A program made the translations under genes and the position numbers. A stretch of DNA of 64,000 nt, taken from the NCBI GenBank assembly GCA_026397405.1, contig JAPLUW010000001.1, forward strand, positions 407,064 to 471,063, given 5' to 3'. Source of the stretch: Candidatus Adlerbacteria bacterium (GTDB lineage: Bacteria; Patescibacteriota; Minisyncoccia; Phycocordibacterales; SBAW01). Within the stretch, counting starts at the first letter, position 1, and every line of letters starts with the position of its first letter. Positions 38,183 to 48,358 of the stretch are shown here, piece after piece. Under the pieces are notes generated by a model. It was not told the DNA's origin. It did not search any database and worked only from the letters and a program-made list of their open reading frames with translations.

Positions 38183-40642
38183 ATGGTTACTAAACCTATG
38201 AATGTGTGGAAGCGGCTCAAACAGTACGACTTGCTGGCAGTGGTGTTTATAACCGGTGCTGCAGTGCTTATTGTTGAAGTAACGGCAGTTAGGATTCTTT
38301 CTATTTATTTCGGCAACACTATATATACCGTGTCGGGTGTTGTGGGGGTTATTTTGGCAGGACTCTCTGTTGGCTACGCGCGTGGCGGGGTGCGCGCCGA
38401 CAACATACCAACCCGCCTAGAATTTTTCCGCACTATTGAAAAAGGCGGTATTGCTCTTTTGGTACTTTTTGCACTTATGTTTAAGGCTGCCGAGGCGCTT
38501 GCTGCCGCGCTGCCACTGTCCTGGGGGCCGTTTGCGCTGGCGCTCGTGCTGTTTTTTGTCCCCAGTTACTACCTTGGGATGCTTTCTCCATTTGCTATTA
38601 AACTTGGCGAACGCGAACATCCACACGCCGGCACGGGGCGTGTCAGTGGACAGGTATTTTTTTGGTCAACATGTGGCAGCTTGGCCGGGACACTTCTTAC
38701 GGCATTTGTTCTTATCCCGCAATTTGGGCTCACCGCAATTATGTGTGGCACAACACTTGGTGTGTTAGTGCTTGGCTCTGGTGGAAAAATTTGTACAGAC
38801 ACTCCTGCAAAACGCTCGCGACATTTCGGTTTTTTAGTTTTTCTTGTTGTAGTGCTTGGCTGCGTGTTGTATGCAAGTACACGTACACCGCCTGGTGTGC
38901 TGTTTAGTGCAGACGGCGTATACCAGCGCTTGGTGATACGTGACGGGACATACGCGGGGCGACCCGCGCGATTTTTTTATCAAGACAGGAGTGAAGACGA
39001 CGTGCGCTTCCTAGACGGCGACGACCTTGCGGCGGCGTATACAAAATATTATGCGCTGTATAAAATTTTAAAACCCGACCTTACCCACGCATTGTTTATA
39101 GGTGGCGGGATGTACAGTATGCCGGCAGCTTTGCACCGCGACGCACCCGATGCACACATAGACATTGCCGAAATTGAGCCGTCGCTATTTTCGCTCGCAC
39201 AAAAATATTTTGGTGTACCGAACGACCCGCACCTTGCAAACCATGTTGTGGACGGGCGGCGTTTTTTGCAGGAAAGCAGCGTCTCGTACGATCTTATATT
39301 TAGCGACGTATACTATTCGCTCTATTCAATTCCGCCCGCCTACACAACAAAAGAATTTTTTACACAGGCACGTAGCAAGCTTAACGACGGGGGGATTTTT
39401 GTTGCAAATTTTATAGGCAACCTTTCACCAGATAACCCATCACTGATATTGTCTGAAATTCATACGCTGCAGGAAGTATTTCCCCAGGTGTATGTGTTTG
39501 CGACCGTATCTCCGGACATTACGAGTAATCAAAATATTGTAGTCGTTGGTGTTACCGGCACGAGCACTTCTGCTGCAGCATTTCCTCATGTGCCTCCTAC
39601 ACCACTACCTAAAGATTTAAATGCGCACCTAGTGCCACTTGAGCAGTACAGCCTCGGAAATTATCCAATACTGACCGACGACTACGCACCGGTCGAATAT
39701 ATGACAGGTAAAATTCTTACTGACACTCATACAAAAAAAGTTACAGCCGCGGCTGCACCTAACGCCACTTCTGGCGCAAGCGTAGACCCTTCTGTGTGGA
39801 GCGGCGCGCGAGCGATGGAAACAATTGCAACGCAACTTTCGTTTGGTGTACGTGCGCTTGGTACACCTGGCCACCAAAAAACAATAAATTTTATTACGTC
39901 ACAGTTGGCTTCTACCTCGGCGCACGTGTTGGTGCAAAACGGCACGTATACAGAAGCGGGCGTGCCACATCCACTTACAAATATTATTGCGCGCTTTGAC
40001 CCGAGCAACCCGCGGCGTGTTGTTGTAGCAACGCATTACGACAGTATTGTGCGCGCCTATGCCGACAAAAAAAGTCCCTATGCACCAATGCCTGGCGCCA
40101 ATAACTCTGCGTCGGGCGTTGCATTATTGCTTGAAACTGCGCGCATGCTCGACCACACAAAAAAACTTTCCGTTGGAATTGACTTCGTATTTTTTGATGG
40201 AGAAGAGGGTCCTCAGTCGCTCGGTGCAGGTGACCCAGATTGGCACGCACTTGGCTCGCCGTTTTTTGTTCAGCACTTGTCCGACTTATATAGAACAGCT
40301 GCGGGGCATGCCCCCGAACAGGTAGCCGTGTTCGACATGGTGTGCGACGCGCATTTAAATGTACGGCGGGAACCATTGTCACTCCTCTCTGCGCAAAAAC
40401 AGGTAGATGCATTTTGGAAGATAGGGCAGGCAATTGCGCCTGCGGCATTTGTGACAGAGCCTTCTGCACACATAAGTGACGACCAAACTGCATTTGTACA
40501 AGCGGGAGTGCCCAGTTTTTTGGTAATCGACTTCGACTATGCGCCGTGGTTTAACACGACAGAGGATACGCTCGACAAATGTTCGTCAGAGAGTCTTCAA
40601 ACTATTGGCCGCACATTGACCCAGTATCTTTACACACTTTAA
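38183..40642 (+). CDS. fused membrane/spermidine synthase-like methyltransferase + M28 peptidase (glutaminyl cyclase-like)
   Basis: ~7 TMs; LFIGGG, AEIEP, DGRRFL, YDLIFSD, LTDDYAPVE; then THYDS, GANNSASG, FDGEE, DMV, SDD, TTEDTLD. Confidence 0.85.
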   Translation: MVTKPMNVWKRLKQYDLLAVVFITGAAVLIVEVTAVRILSIYFGNTIYTVSGVVGVILAGLSVGYARGGVRADNIPTRLEFFRTIEKGGIALLVLFALMFKAAEALAAALPLSWGPFALALVLFFVPSYYLGMLSPFAIKLGEREHPHAGTGRVSGQVFFWSTCGSLAGTLLTAFVLIPQFGLTAIMCGTTLGVLVLGSGGKICTDTPAKRSRHFGFLVFLVVVLGCVLYASTRTPPGVLFSADGVYQRLVIRDGTYAGRPARFFYQDRSEDDVRFLDGDDLAAAYTKYYALYKILKPDLTHALFIGGGMYSMPAALHRDAPDAHIDIAEIEPSLFSLAQKYFGVPNDPHLANHVVDGRRFLQESSVSYDLIFSDVYYSLYSIPPAYTTKEFFTQARSKLNDGGIFVANFIGNLSPDNPSLILSEIHTLQEVFPQVYVFATVSPDITSNQNIVVVGVTGTSTSAAAFPHVPPTPLPKDLNAHLVPLEQYSLGNYPILTDDYAPVEYMTGKILTDTHTKKVTAAAAPNATSGASVDPSVWSGARAMETIATQLSFGVRALGTPGHQKTINFITSQLASTSAHVLVQNGTYTEAGVPHPLTNIIARFDPSNPRRVVVATHYDSIVRAYADKKSPYAPMPGANNSASGVALLLETARMLDHTKKLSVGIDFVFFDGEEGPQSLGAGDPDWHALGSPFFVQHLSDLYRTAAGHAPEQVAVFDMVCDAHLNVRREPLSLLSAQKQVDAFWKIGQAIAPAAFVTEPSAHISDDQTAFVQAGVPSFLVIDFDYAPWFNTTEDTLDKCSSESLQTIGRTLTQYLYTL

Positions 40643-40665
40643 TTTTTTGTGGTATAGTACATTCA

Positions 40666-40954
40666 GCGCGTTGGAAAGTAGCCTTTGTTTCTTTCGGGAA
40701 GCAGGGGAGGAAAGTCCGAACACTCACTAACCGCAAGGTTAGTAGCAAGGTAGCAGGTAACCCCTGTCATTCGCTTTTTGCGGGCGAAAGAGGTGCGAAC
40801 AGTGACGAACCGATTTAGTTCGGGTGAAACGGCAAAATCCTTACCCGGGTGCAAGGTCGTGCTTCGTGCAAACGAAGAGTGCCGCTCGATCTCTGCGGCG
40901 ACGCAGGGACCAGATAAATTACTTTTCACGACAGAATTCGGCTTACAGACGCGC
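40666..40954 (+). ncRNA. rnpB: RNase P RNA (compact)
   Basis: GAGGAAAGTCCGAAC, GGGTGAAACGGCAA, GGTGCAAG, ACAGAATTCGGCTTAC; P1 GCGCGTT/GACGCGC. Confidence 0.92.
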
Positions 40955-41064
40955 GCGCAAAAATGTGAACGCCCCCATACTCTGGGGGCGTTTGCGCGTC
41001 TGGCAATACACAATTCACATGCTGTTAGGCCAGTGCGGGCTGACTCTCGGGTATACTGGTGTGT

Positions 41065-43416
41065 ATGCGAACATTTCTATCTACCTCGTGGGCAAAAATT
41101 ATTTTTAGTGTTGGTGTTGTTCTTTCTCTTGTATGTATTATCCCAGCAGTGTGGTTTCCTCTCCAGCTCGGTAAAATTACTCTTTTTAGTTTGTGTGCCC
41201 TTGTTGGCGCGATACTTTTTTTTGTGAGCGGCGGCGTTGCGCGTATACACGGTAAACGGGGTGTGCTGCCCGCGTTACTTGTTGGGTTGCTTCCGGTCGC
41301 GTACGTGCTTTCGTATCTCTTTTCTACGGACCGTGCTGTCGGGTTCCTTGGATACTCTGTTGAAGGGGACACAGTCATGTTTATTGTCCTTGGGTTTATA
41401 GCATTTATACTTTCGTCGTACCTATTTCGAGAACTCGCTGCCGCTCGGATACTGCTTGTTTCCGTTGTCTCCTGTATATGTGCGGCCGTCGCCTTCCAAT
41501 GCGTACTTATTTTACTCGGAACAAAAGGAATATCGTGGTCGGTTTTTTCGGGCGTATCAGTTAACCTTGTTGGTAAATGGAACGACCTCGGTCTTGCTGC
41601 TGGCCTCGCACTGTGTGTGCTAGTCGTATGGCTCGCGTGTGGTGAGCTTTCGCGCGTAAAGCGTCTTGGAGTTACATGCGCTGTCCTCGTGCTGACACTG
41701 TTCCTTGCAATCGTCCAATTTCCCCTCGTGTGGGCATTGTTAGTAGGCAGTTTTTTTGCGCTTGCACTGTGGATGTATGTCAACGCTACCAACGTAGTAG
41801 ACAATACAAACGCTACGCGTGTACGGGGTTTAAAGGCATTTCCGTGGTTGCCACTAGCGGCAGGGGTAGTAAGCGGCCTGTTTTTGCTCTGGGGTGTTAT
41901 CTTCCAGGGTGGTTTTGCACAGCTATTTTCTGCGTCGTCTCTGGAAGTTCGCCCGTCTCTTTCGTCAACCCTTGATGTGGTCCGGTCTGCGCACGGCACC
42001 TCCGTTACCCGTTTTTTGGTCGGCACAGGTCCTAACACTTTTAGCGACGCGTGGTTCCTGTACAAATCAGCGGAAGTAAGCAAATCACAATTTTGGAATC
42101 TCGACTTTACGGTCGGCTTTAGCACGTTTACAACGGCACTTGGTACTGTTGGTGTGTTGGGTGCGCTTGCATGGCTCATACCCCTGTTGTTTGTTGTGCT
42201 AGGGCTTGTCCGTGTGATGCGTTTGTCCAGCGTGTTTTCACTACGTGAAAAAATCTCCATCTTTTCTCTTGGGGTATCCAGCATATATGCATGGTGCAGC
42301 GTGCTCTTCTACGTCCCAAGCCAAAACATTGTTTTGCTTGCCTTCGTGCTTTCGGGTGCCGTATTTGGGTTGTCTATGAAAGAGGTTCCTGGTGGGGGTG
42401 ACATGTCAAACCACCCATACGCGCATCTGTATACACGGCTTCTTCAAGGGATTTTTATTCTTTGTGTAGTGGTGTTGGTAGCCCTAAGCGGTGTATTGGT
42501 GCGGCGTTTTATCGGCGAAGCATATGTAAATAAAGGCTTATATGCGCTCTCTCAAAATAATGCCGACGATGCGCTCCTTGCTGCGGCACATGCACTAAAA
42601 ATTGAAACAACAGCAGATGCGCTCCATGTGGGAGTTGTCGCGGGCTTGGCAAAAATGCAGCAACTAGTAAGCATCCAAGCTCCATCGCAAGATGTGCAGG
42701 CGCACTTTGTGTCACTGACGCAAGCAACTATTACAGCCGGGCAGGAAGCAATTAGGCGCACTCCAGGCGACTATCGCACGTACTTTGCATTGGCACGCGT
42801 CTATGATGTACTTGCGTCTATTGAGGTTTCGCAGGCGTATGAAAATGCAAAAGCATTGTACATGCAAGCCTATACGTACAACCCAACTAATCCAGAAATT
42901 CCGCTCGCAGTCGCACGCTTAGAGTCTGTCCACGGCAACTCTGCGGCAGTGACCGCTGCTCTCACGCAGGCGTTGACACTCAAACCCGACTACACCGACG
43001 CTATTTTGTTTGTCGTACAGCTCAACGTTGTAAATAAAGATATTCCAAATGCTATTGTCGCAGCACGTGCGGCAGTGAACAGTGCCCCGGGAGTGCCTTC
43101 CATTTGGTTTGAACTAGGTCTTCTGTACTACTCTGCAGGAAATATGAAAGATGCGGCGACAGCGCTTGCCCAAGCAGTAGTGCTTGCACCGCAGTATGCA
43201 AATGCAAAATATTTCCTCGGCCTCGCATATGCTGCACTTGGACGCACGTCCGACGCAGTAGTCCAGTTTAAAGATCTGCAAGCTTCAAACCCCGACAATA
43301 CCGAAGTTGCATTTATTCTTGGGAATTTAGAGTCTGGTAAGGCACCGTTTGATGGCGCTAAAGCTCCCGTGACGCCTACACCACAAAATCGAGCAACTGC
43401 GCCTGTTTCGCAGTAG
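41065..43416 (+). CDS. multi-TM O-antigen ligase/oligosaccharyltransferase-like protein with C-terminal TPRs
   Basis: ~12 TMs, LVGTGPNTF motif, TPR-like repeats (ELGLLYY..G....A...L.QAV.LAPQY). Confidence 0.75.
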   Translation: MRTFLSTSWAKIIFSVGVVLSLVCIIPAVWFPLQLGKITLFSLCALVGAILFFVSGGVARIHGKRGVLPALLVGLLPVAYVLSYLFSTDRAVGFLGYSVEGDTVMFIVLGFIAFILSSYLFRELAAARILLVSVVSCICAAVAFQCVLILLGTKGISWSVFSGVSVNLVGKWNDLGLAAGLALCVLVVWLACGELSRVKRLGVTCAVLVLTLFLAIVQFPLVWALLVGSFFALALWMYVNATNVVDNTNATRVRGLKAFPWLPLAAGVVSGLFLLWGVIFQGGFAQLFSASSLEVRPSLSSTLDVVRSAHGTSVTRFLVGTGPNTFSDAWFLYKSAEVSKSQFWNLDFTVGFSTFTTALGTVGVLGALAWLIPLLFVVLGLVRVMRLSSVFSLREKISIFSLGVSSIYAWCSVLFYVPSQNIVLLAFVLSGAVFGLSMKEVPGGGDMSNHPYAHLYTRLLQGIFILCVVVLVALSGVLVRRFIGEAYVNKGLYALSQNNADDALLAAAHALKIETTADALHVGVVAGLAKMQQLVSIQAPSQDVQAHFVSLTQATITAGQEAIRRTPGDYRTYFALARVYDVLASIEVSQAYENAKALYMQAYTYNPTNPEIPLAVARLESVHGNSAAVTAALTQALTLKPDYTDAILFVVQLNVVNKDIPNAIVAARAAVNSAPGVPSIWFELGLLYYSAGNMKDAATALAQAVVLAPQYANAKYFLGLAYAALGRTSDAVVQFKDLQASNPDNTEVAFILGNLESGKAPFDGAKAPVTPTPQNRATAPVSQ

Positions 43417-43425
43417 AATACCCAC

Positions 43426-45099
43426 ATGGTCCGGTCACTGTTGTCTGCGTTCGGTAAAGAAGCTCGTGGTATGCACGAGGCGGCGTATCTGCTTGCCGCA
43501 TTTGCGCTCGGCTCGCAGTTGCTAGCCCTTGTGCGTGACCGCCTGTTGGCTTTCAACTTTGGTGCGTCCCATACACTCGACCTCTACTACGCAGCATTCC
43601 GTATACCCGACTTTTTGTTTGCTACTATTGCGTCGCTGCTTTCTCTGTACGCGTTGCTCCCTGTGCTGACACGGTTGGAAAGCCGTCACCCAGGGCTGAT
43701 GATCTCTTTTTTGCGGCAAATACTTTTGGTGTTTTTTGCAGGGATGGGACTTATTTCTTGTGTTGTGTATGTGTTGGCTCCGTGGCTCGTGCCACTCATA
43801 GCTCCTGGCATTGCGACGCCAGAACTCGTGTTGCTGGTACGCGTTTTACTGCTGCAGCCTATTCTCCTTGGCGCATCAAATATTTTAGCAGCACTCACAC
43901 AACTGAGACATCGCTTTTTTCTGTACTCTATTTCGCCACTGCTGTATAACCTCGGGATTATTTTTGGCATCGTCGTGTTGTATCCCTCCATGGGCATTGT
44001 GGGACTTGGGTGGGGGGTAGTGCTTGGTGCGTGCATGCATTTCCTTATACAACTACCTTTTTTTACAAGCGAAAAAAATACTGAAACAGTAGGCTTGCGC
44101 GAAATGTTTACTGAACTTACAAGTGTGTTGCGTCTGTCTGTGCCGCGGACTGCTGCACTTGCGGCAGGACAAATTTCGCTATTGTTGCTTGTTGCGCTCG
44201 CATCATTTTTTGCCCCGGGCTCTATTGCAATATTTATGTTTGCGTACAATTTGCAGGCAGTACCACTTACTATCATAGGCGTGTCCTATTCGGTCGCGGC
44301 ATTCCCAACACTCGCACGCCTCCATGCACGGGGGGAACATAGCGAATTTGTCCGCTACATAGAAACTGCGCTGCGGCACATTTTCTTTTGGGCAATTCCT
44401 GCAAGTGTGCTGATAATTGTGTTGCGCGCCCAGCTGGTGCGCGTCATTTTAGGTGCCGGTGCATTTAGTTGGGATGCGACACGTCTTACGGCTGCAGCGT
44501 TGGCATTGTTTGTGCTTTCGCTCGCAGCGCAGTCGGTGACATTACTTATTGCGCGCGCATACTACGCGGCAGGCAATACAAAAAAACCGCTGTACTTTGC
44601 GGCTGTCGACATAGGTGTCTCGGTTGCGTCGGCATTTTGTTTTGTTGCGCTCTTCCATTGGAGCCCGTTTGCGCGCAATTTTATTGAGTTGCTGTTGCGC
44701 GTTGGCGACGTACCGGGCACTAGTGTGTTGATGTTGGCACTTGGATATTGTTTTGGTTCAGTTGCGGAGTTCGCCCTCGGGATGTTCTTTTTTATACGAG
44801 ACTTTTCTATCCCGCGCATGCGTATTTCAGCTTTGTTGTTCCAGAGTTTTTCAGCGTCTGTTATAGGCGGCGCGGCTGCCTACAGTGTGCTCGCATTTAC
44901 CGGTACCGCAGGCACTATACACACCACACTACTACTGGTCTTGCAGGGTACTGCTGCTGGGCTACTCGGGCTCCTCACAACTGCAGGTGTGTTGTGGTTG
45001 CTCAAAAATGAAGAACTTGCAGAAGCCACACTCGCGTTCCAGAGGCGCTTCCGTGACACAAAGGGTGTGCCGCTTGAAACGACCGACATCTCGTCATAG
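43426..45099 (+). CDS. murJ: lipid II flippase MurJ/MviN
   Basis: LVRDRLLA..FGA..LDLYYAAFRIPD; PLLYNLGII; ARAYYA. Confidence 0.88.
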   Translation: MVRSLLSAFGKEARGMHEAAYLLAAFALGSQLLALVRDRLLAFNFGASHTLDLYYAAFRIPDFLFATIASLLSLYALLPVLTRLESRHPGLMISFLRQILLVFFAGMGLISCVVYVLAPWLVPLIAPGIATPELVLLVRVLLLQPILLGASNILAALTQLRHRFFLYSISPLLYNLGIIFGIVVLYPSMGIVGLGWGVVLGACMHFLIQLPFFTSEKNTETVGLREMFTELTSVLRLSVPRTAALAAGQISLLLLVALASFFAPGSIAIFMFAYNLQAVPLTIIGVSYSVAAFPTLARLHARGEHSEFVRYIETALRHIFFWAIPASVLIIVLRAQLVRVILGAGAFSWDATRLTAAALALFVLSLAAQSVTLLIARAYYAAGNTKKPLYFAAVDIGVSVASAFCFVALFHWSPFARNFIELLLRVGDVPGTSVLMLALGYCFGSVAEFALGMFFFIRDFSIPRMRISALLFQSFSASVIGGAAAYSVLAFTGTAGTIHTTLLLVLQGTAAGLLGLLTTAGVLWLLKNEELAEATLAFQRRFRDTKGVPLETTDISS

Positions 45100-45125
45100 T
45101 TCGTCCGAAATGCTAGACTCCTCTG

Positions 45126-46913
45126 ATGCAGCAGATTAGAAATTTTTCAATAATCGCCCACATAGACCACGGCAAGTCGACGCTTGCGGACCGGTTTTTA
45201 GAGCTGACCGGTACTATTGAAAAACGCAAAATGCGCGAACAAGTGCTCGACTCTATGGACCTCGAGCGTGAGCGTGGTATCACCATTAAGATGCAGCCAG
45301 TGCGTATGCGCTATACAAAAGACGGCACAGAGTATCTGTTGCACCTTATCGACACGCCCGGACATATCGACTTTTCGTACGAAGTGTCGCGCGCACTCAC
45401 GGCGGTTGAAGGCGCTATATTGCTTGTCGATGCAACTCAGGGTGTACAAGCCCAAACACTTACAACCCTTCGCACGGCGCAAGAATTAGGGTTGGTTATT
45501 GTGCCGGCAATTTCAAAAATCGACTCACCGCTTGCGAATGTTGACGATGTCCGTATGCAAGTCGCGTTGTTGCTTAACGTTGACCCAGCATCTATTCTCA
45601 CGTGTTCGGGAAGAACGGGGGAGGGAGTAGATGAGTTACTTAATGAAATCATCAAAAAAGTTCCGCCACCAAAACTATCTACAGAAAAATCACCTCGAGG
45701 CTTAGTTTTCGACTTTCAATATTCTGACCACCAAGGCGTTATTGTCTACGTGCGCATGTTCGACGGCAAAATAAAAAAAGGTGACGTGCTCGAATTTTCG
45801 GCAACAGGGAGAAAGTTTACAGCGCTCGACGTGGGCACATTTTCTCCAACACCTATTTCACTCCAAGACGGGCTTGATGCAGGCTCAATTGGGTATGTTG
45901 TGACAGGTATCAAAGAGCCGGGGTTGGCGCGTGTTGGAGACACGGTGCGCGAATATGGCTCCAAGGCCGCACCACTTTCTGGCTATGCCGAACCTAAGGC
46001 CGTTGTGTGGGCCAGCGTTTACCCAGAAAGCCAGGACGACTTTACGGCACTCCGCCAGGCCCTTTCGCGCTTGCGCCTCTCCGACTCGTCTTTGTCGTTT
46101 GAAGAAGAGTCCTCGGGCATGCTTGGGCGTGGGTTCCGCTGCGGCCTGCTTGGCATGTTGCACCTGGAAATTGTTACCGAGCGCCTGCGCCGCGAGGCCA
46201 ACCTTTCCTTGGTTGTCACCACACCAACCATTACGTATGAAGTGGAAACAAAAGACGGCAAGCGCCACACGGTCTATTCGCCGCCACAATTTCCCGAATT
46301 CGGCGACATCAAGGAAGTATGGGAGCCGTTTGTCTCTGCAGAAATTATTTTGCCGCTCGACTACTTAGGCAACTTACTGCCTATGTTGTTTGAACACGAG
46401 GCCGCTGTCGAGTCGACAGAAACATTTTCGCAGGAGCGCGCCATTGTAAAAGTGGTGATGCCTCTGCGCGAGTTGATGCGGAACTTTTTCGACAAACTTA
46501 AAAGTATTTCCTCTGGCTACGCATCAATTTCCTACGAACTGCGCGAGCTACGCTTGGCCGACGTTGCGCGTTTAGACATCTACGTTGCCGACGAACTAGT
46601 GCCAGCATTTTCCCGCATTATTGCAAAACATCGTGCCGACGAAGAGGCCATAGCGGCAGTTGAAAAGCTTTACAAAATTTTGCCGCGCCAGCAGTTTGCT
46701 ACCAAAATACAGGGGAGGGCACTTGGGCGTATTATTTCCTCGCGCACACTTTCAGCACTTTCTAAAGACGTTACGCAGCACATGTACGGCGGTGACATTA
46801 CCCGCAAAATGAAGCTCCGCGAAAAGCAGAAAAAAGGTAAGAAAAAAGCTCTCGCAAACGCTAAAGTAAACATCCCGAGCGACGTCTTTTTGAAGATGAT
46901 CAAGAGTGAATAG
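45126..46913 (+). CDS. lepA: elongation factor 4
   Basis: IRNFSIIAHIDHGKSTLADR, GFRCGLLGMLH, YGGDITRKMKL. Confidence 0.97.
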   Translation: MQQIRNFSIIAHIDHGKSTLADRFLELTGTIEKRKMREQVLDSMDLERERGITIKMQPVRMRYTKDGTEYLLHLIDTPGHIDFSYEVSRALTAVEGAILLVDATQGVQAQTLTTLRTAQELGLVIVPAISKIDSPLANVDDVRMQVALLLNVDPASILTCSGRTGEGVDELLNEIIKKVPPPKLSTEKSPRGLVFDFQYSDHQGVIVYVRMFDGKIKKGDVLEFSATGRKFTALDVGTFSPTPISLQDGLDAGSIGYVVTGIKEPGLARVGDTVREYGSKAAPLSGYAEPKAVVWASVYPESQDDFTALRQALSRLRLSDSSLSFEEESSGMLGRGFRCGLLGMLHLEIVTERLRREANLSLVVTTPTITYEVETKDGKRHTVYSPPQFPEFGDIKEVWEPFVSAEIILPLDYLGNLLPMLFEHEAAVESTETFSQERAIVKVVMPLRELMRNFFDKLKSISSGYASISYELRELRLADVARLDIYVADELVPAFSRIIAKHRADEEAIAAVEKLYKILPRQQFATKIQGRALGRIISSRTLSALSKDVTQHMYGGDITRKMKLREKQKKGKKKALANAKVNIPSDVFLKMIKSE

Positions 46914-46934
46914 TGTCCGTGATATACTTTTAGT

Positions 46935-47207
46935 ATGGAAGAAAAGCTCGACCGACTGGAGAAAAATATGAACGATCTTATTGAGATCGTCGTATCTATT
47001 AAAGACAATATGGCAACGAAGCAAGAGTTAGCTGAAGTCGAAGAAAGGCTCACTGCTAAGATGGTAACCAACATAGAACTTACAGAGTTAGAAGAAAGGT
47101 TGAGTGGAAAAATAGAAGGTGTGCAGCGCTCGGTAGACGGCGCATACGAACGCCAGAGTGCGCTCGAAGCCCGCGTCTCAAAAGTCGAAGCTGAGCTGCA
47201 TATATAA
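46935..47207 (+). CDS. small coiled-coil protein, paralog of 59496-59795
   Basis: shared MATK.EL and GKIEGVQRSVDG.YERQS.LE.RVSKVE.ELH. Confidence 0.75.
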   Translation: MEEKLDRLEKNMNDLIEIVVSIKDNMATKQELAEVEERLTAKMVTNIELTELEERLSGKIEGVQRSVDGAYERQSALEARVSKVEAELHI

Positions 47208-47265
47208 AAACAATAAACCCCTGCTCCAAAAGAGCTTGTGAAATAGAGATTTTAGGAGTTTTTTA

Positions 47266-47370
47266 CTACACCAGCAGGGAGAAGTACGACAAAATCATAC
47301 TGAGGATAACGATGCCGCCAAGGACACCGGACCAGATCTGCATATTGCGCTTCCTATTTTTTCCAAACAT
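47266..47370 (-). CDS. 34-aa single-TM microprotein (not in ORF track)
   Basis: MFGKNRKRNMQIWSGVLGGIVILSMILSYFSLLV; basic N-terminus then hydrophobic helix; TAG TAA double stop. Confidence 0.6.
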   Translation of the reverse strand: MFGKNRKRNMQIWSGVLGGIVILSMILSYFSLLV

Positions 47371-47391
47371 ATAACTGCTAGAATAGCATAT

Positions 47392-47784
47392 ATGCGTGAG
47401 TTCAAAAAGCGCCGGAGCAGCAGGGGCGAAGTGCTCTATTTTTGCTACCGTCTTGGCGGCACCCTGGTGTTGTTACTTATAACCCTAGTGGCTGTGCGTG
47501 CGGCGTGGGGCATGTATGGGAGGCTCGGGAGCGCCTCGGCAGGCCAACAAGAGGCAGAGGCGCAACTGCAGGCGCTCCAGGCCCAGCAACGGCAGATTAC
47601 GGCATCTGTGGGGGAGTTGTATTCTGACCGTGGGGTCGAGGCGTTGATGCGCGAACATTTTGGCGTTGTCCGGCCGGGCGAGGGGGTTGTGCAAATAGTC
47701 CACGAAACAGCTACAACAACCACACGTGACACCGCGTCTAAGGGTTGGTTTGAACGGCTATTTCACACCCTATTTTCGTGGTAG
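47392..47784 (+). CDS. septum formation initiator (FtsB/DivIC family)
   Basis: TM, coiled coil, E..MREHFGVVRPGE. Confidence 0.8.
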   Translation: MREFKKRRSSRGEVLYFCYRLGGTLVLLLITLVAVRAAWGMYGRLGSASAGQQEAEAQLQALQAQQRQITASVGELYSDRGVEALMREHFGVVRPGEGVVQIVHETATTTTRDTASKGWFERLFHTLFSW

Positions 47785-47812
47785 AATTTTTGCGATTTAG
47801 AGGGTGATATTT

Positions 47813-47883
47813 GCGAGTGTAGTTTAGTGGCAGAACTGGTGCTTCCCAAGCATCGGGCGGGAGTTCGATTCTCCCCACTCGCA
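47813..47883 (+). tRNA. tRNA-Gly(CCC)
   Basis: GCGAGTG/CACTCGC, GGTGC-TTCCCAA-GCATC, TTCGATT; CCA not encoded. Confidence 0.92.
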
Positions 47884-47927
47884 CAGAAAATGATATAATG
47901 GCCCTCTAGCTACTAAATTATATTTGT

Positions 47928-48170
47928 ATGCAAAATACTGTCACTATTTACACCACGCCAACCTGCCATTTTTGCAAATTAGCAAAAGAGTTTTTTGCTG
48001 AAAAGAATGTTCAGTACACCGCCTACGATGTTTCGGCAGACGCAGCTAAGCGCGAAGAAATGATACAGATGACAGGACAGCTTGGTGTCCCAGTTATCGA
48101 CATTAACGGTGACCTTATGGTCGGCTTTGACCGCGAAAAAATTGCCGCAAAGCTCGGGATCGAAGCGTAG
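47928..48170 (+). CDS. glutaredoxin-like (NrdH-type) protein
   Basis: IYTTPTCHFC, GVPVIDING..VGFD. Confidence 0.9.
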   Translation: MQNTVTIYTTPTCHFCKLAKEFFAEKNVQYTAYDVSADAAKREEMIQMTGQLGVPVIDINGDLMVGFDREKIAAKLGIEA

Positions 48171-48197
48171 CAAAAAAATAAAATATATCGCATACTC

Positions 48198-48221
48198 AAA
48201 CTGGCCCTGAAGGCCAGTTTT
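48198..48221 (+). terminator. intrinsic terminator
   Basis: AAACTGGCC CTGAA GGCCAGTTTT. Confidence 0.65.
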
Positions 48222-48227
48222 GTATTA

Positions 48228-48299
48228 GCCCCCGTAGTTCAATGGATAGAACAGCCCCGTCCTAAGGGGTAGATGCTGGTTCGATTCCGGCCAGGGGCA
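48228..48299 (+). tRNA. tRNA-Arg(CCT)
   Basis: cloverleaf; GCCCC-GTCCTAA-GGGGT; one acceptor-stem mismatch (C6-A67). Confidence 0.88.
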
Positions 48300-48358
48300 C
48301 AAAATATCTGCGATTGTGTGGTCTTCCTGAATAACTTTAAATCTGGTATATTCATGGT

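Noticed and set aside
40663-41227. ORFs across rnpB
   Set aside because: Shadow ORFs of the RNase P RNA gene.
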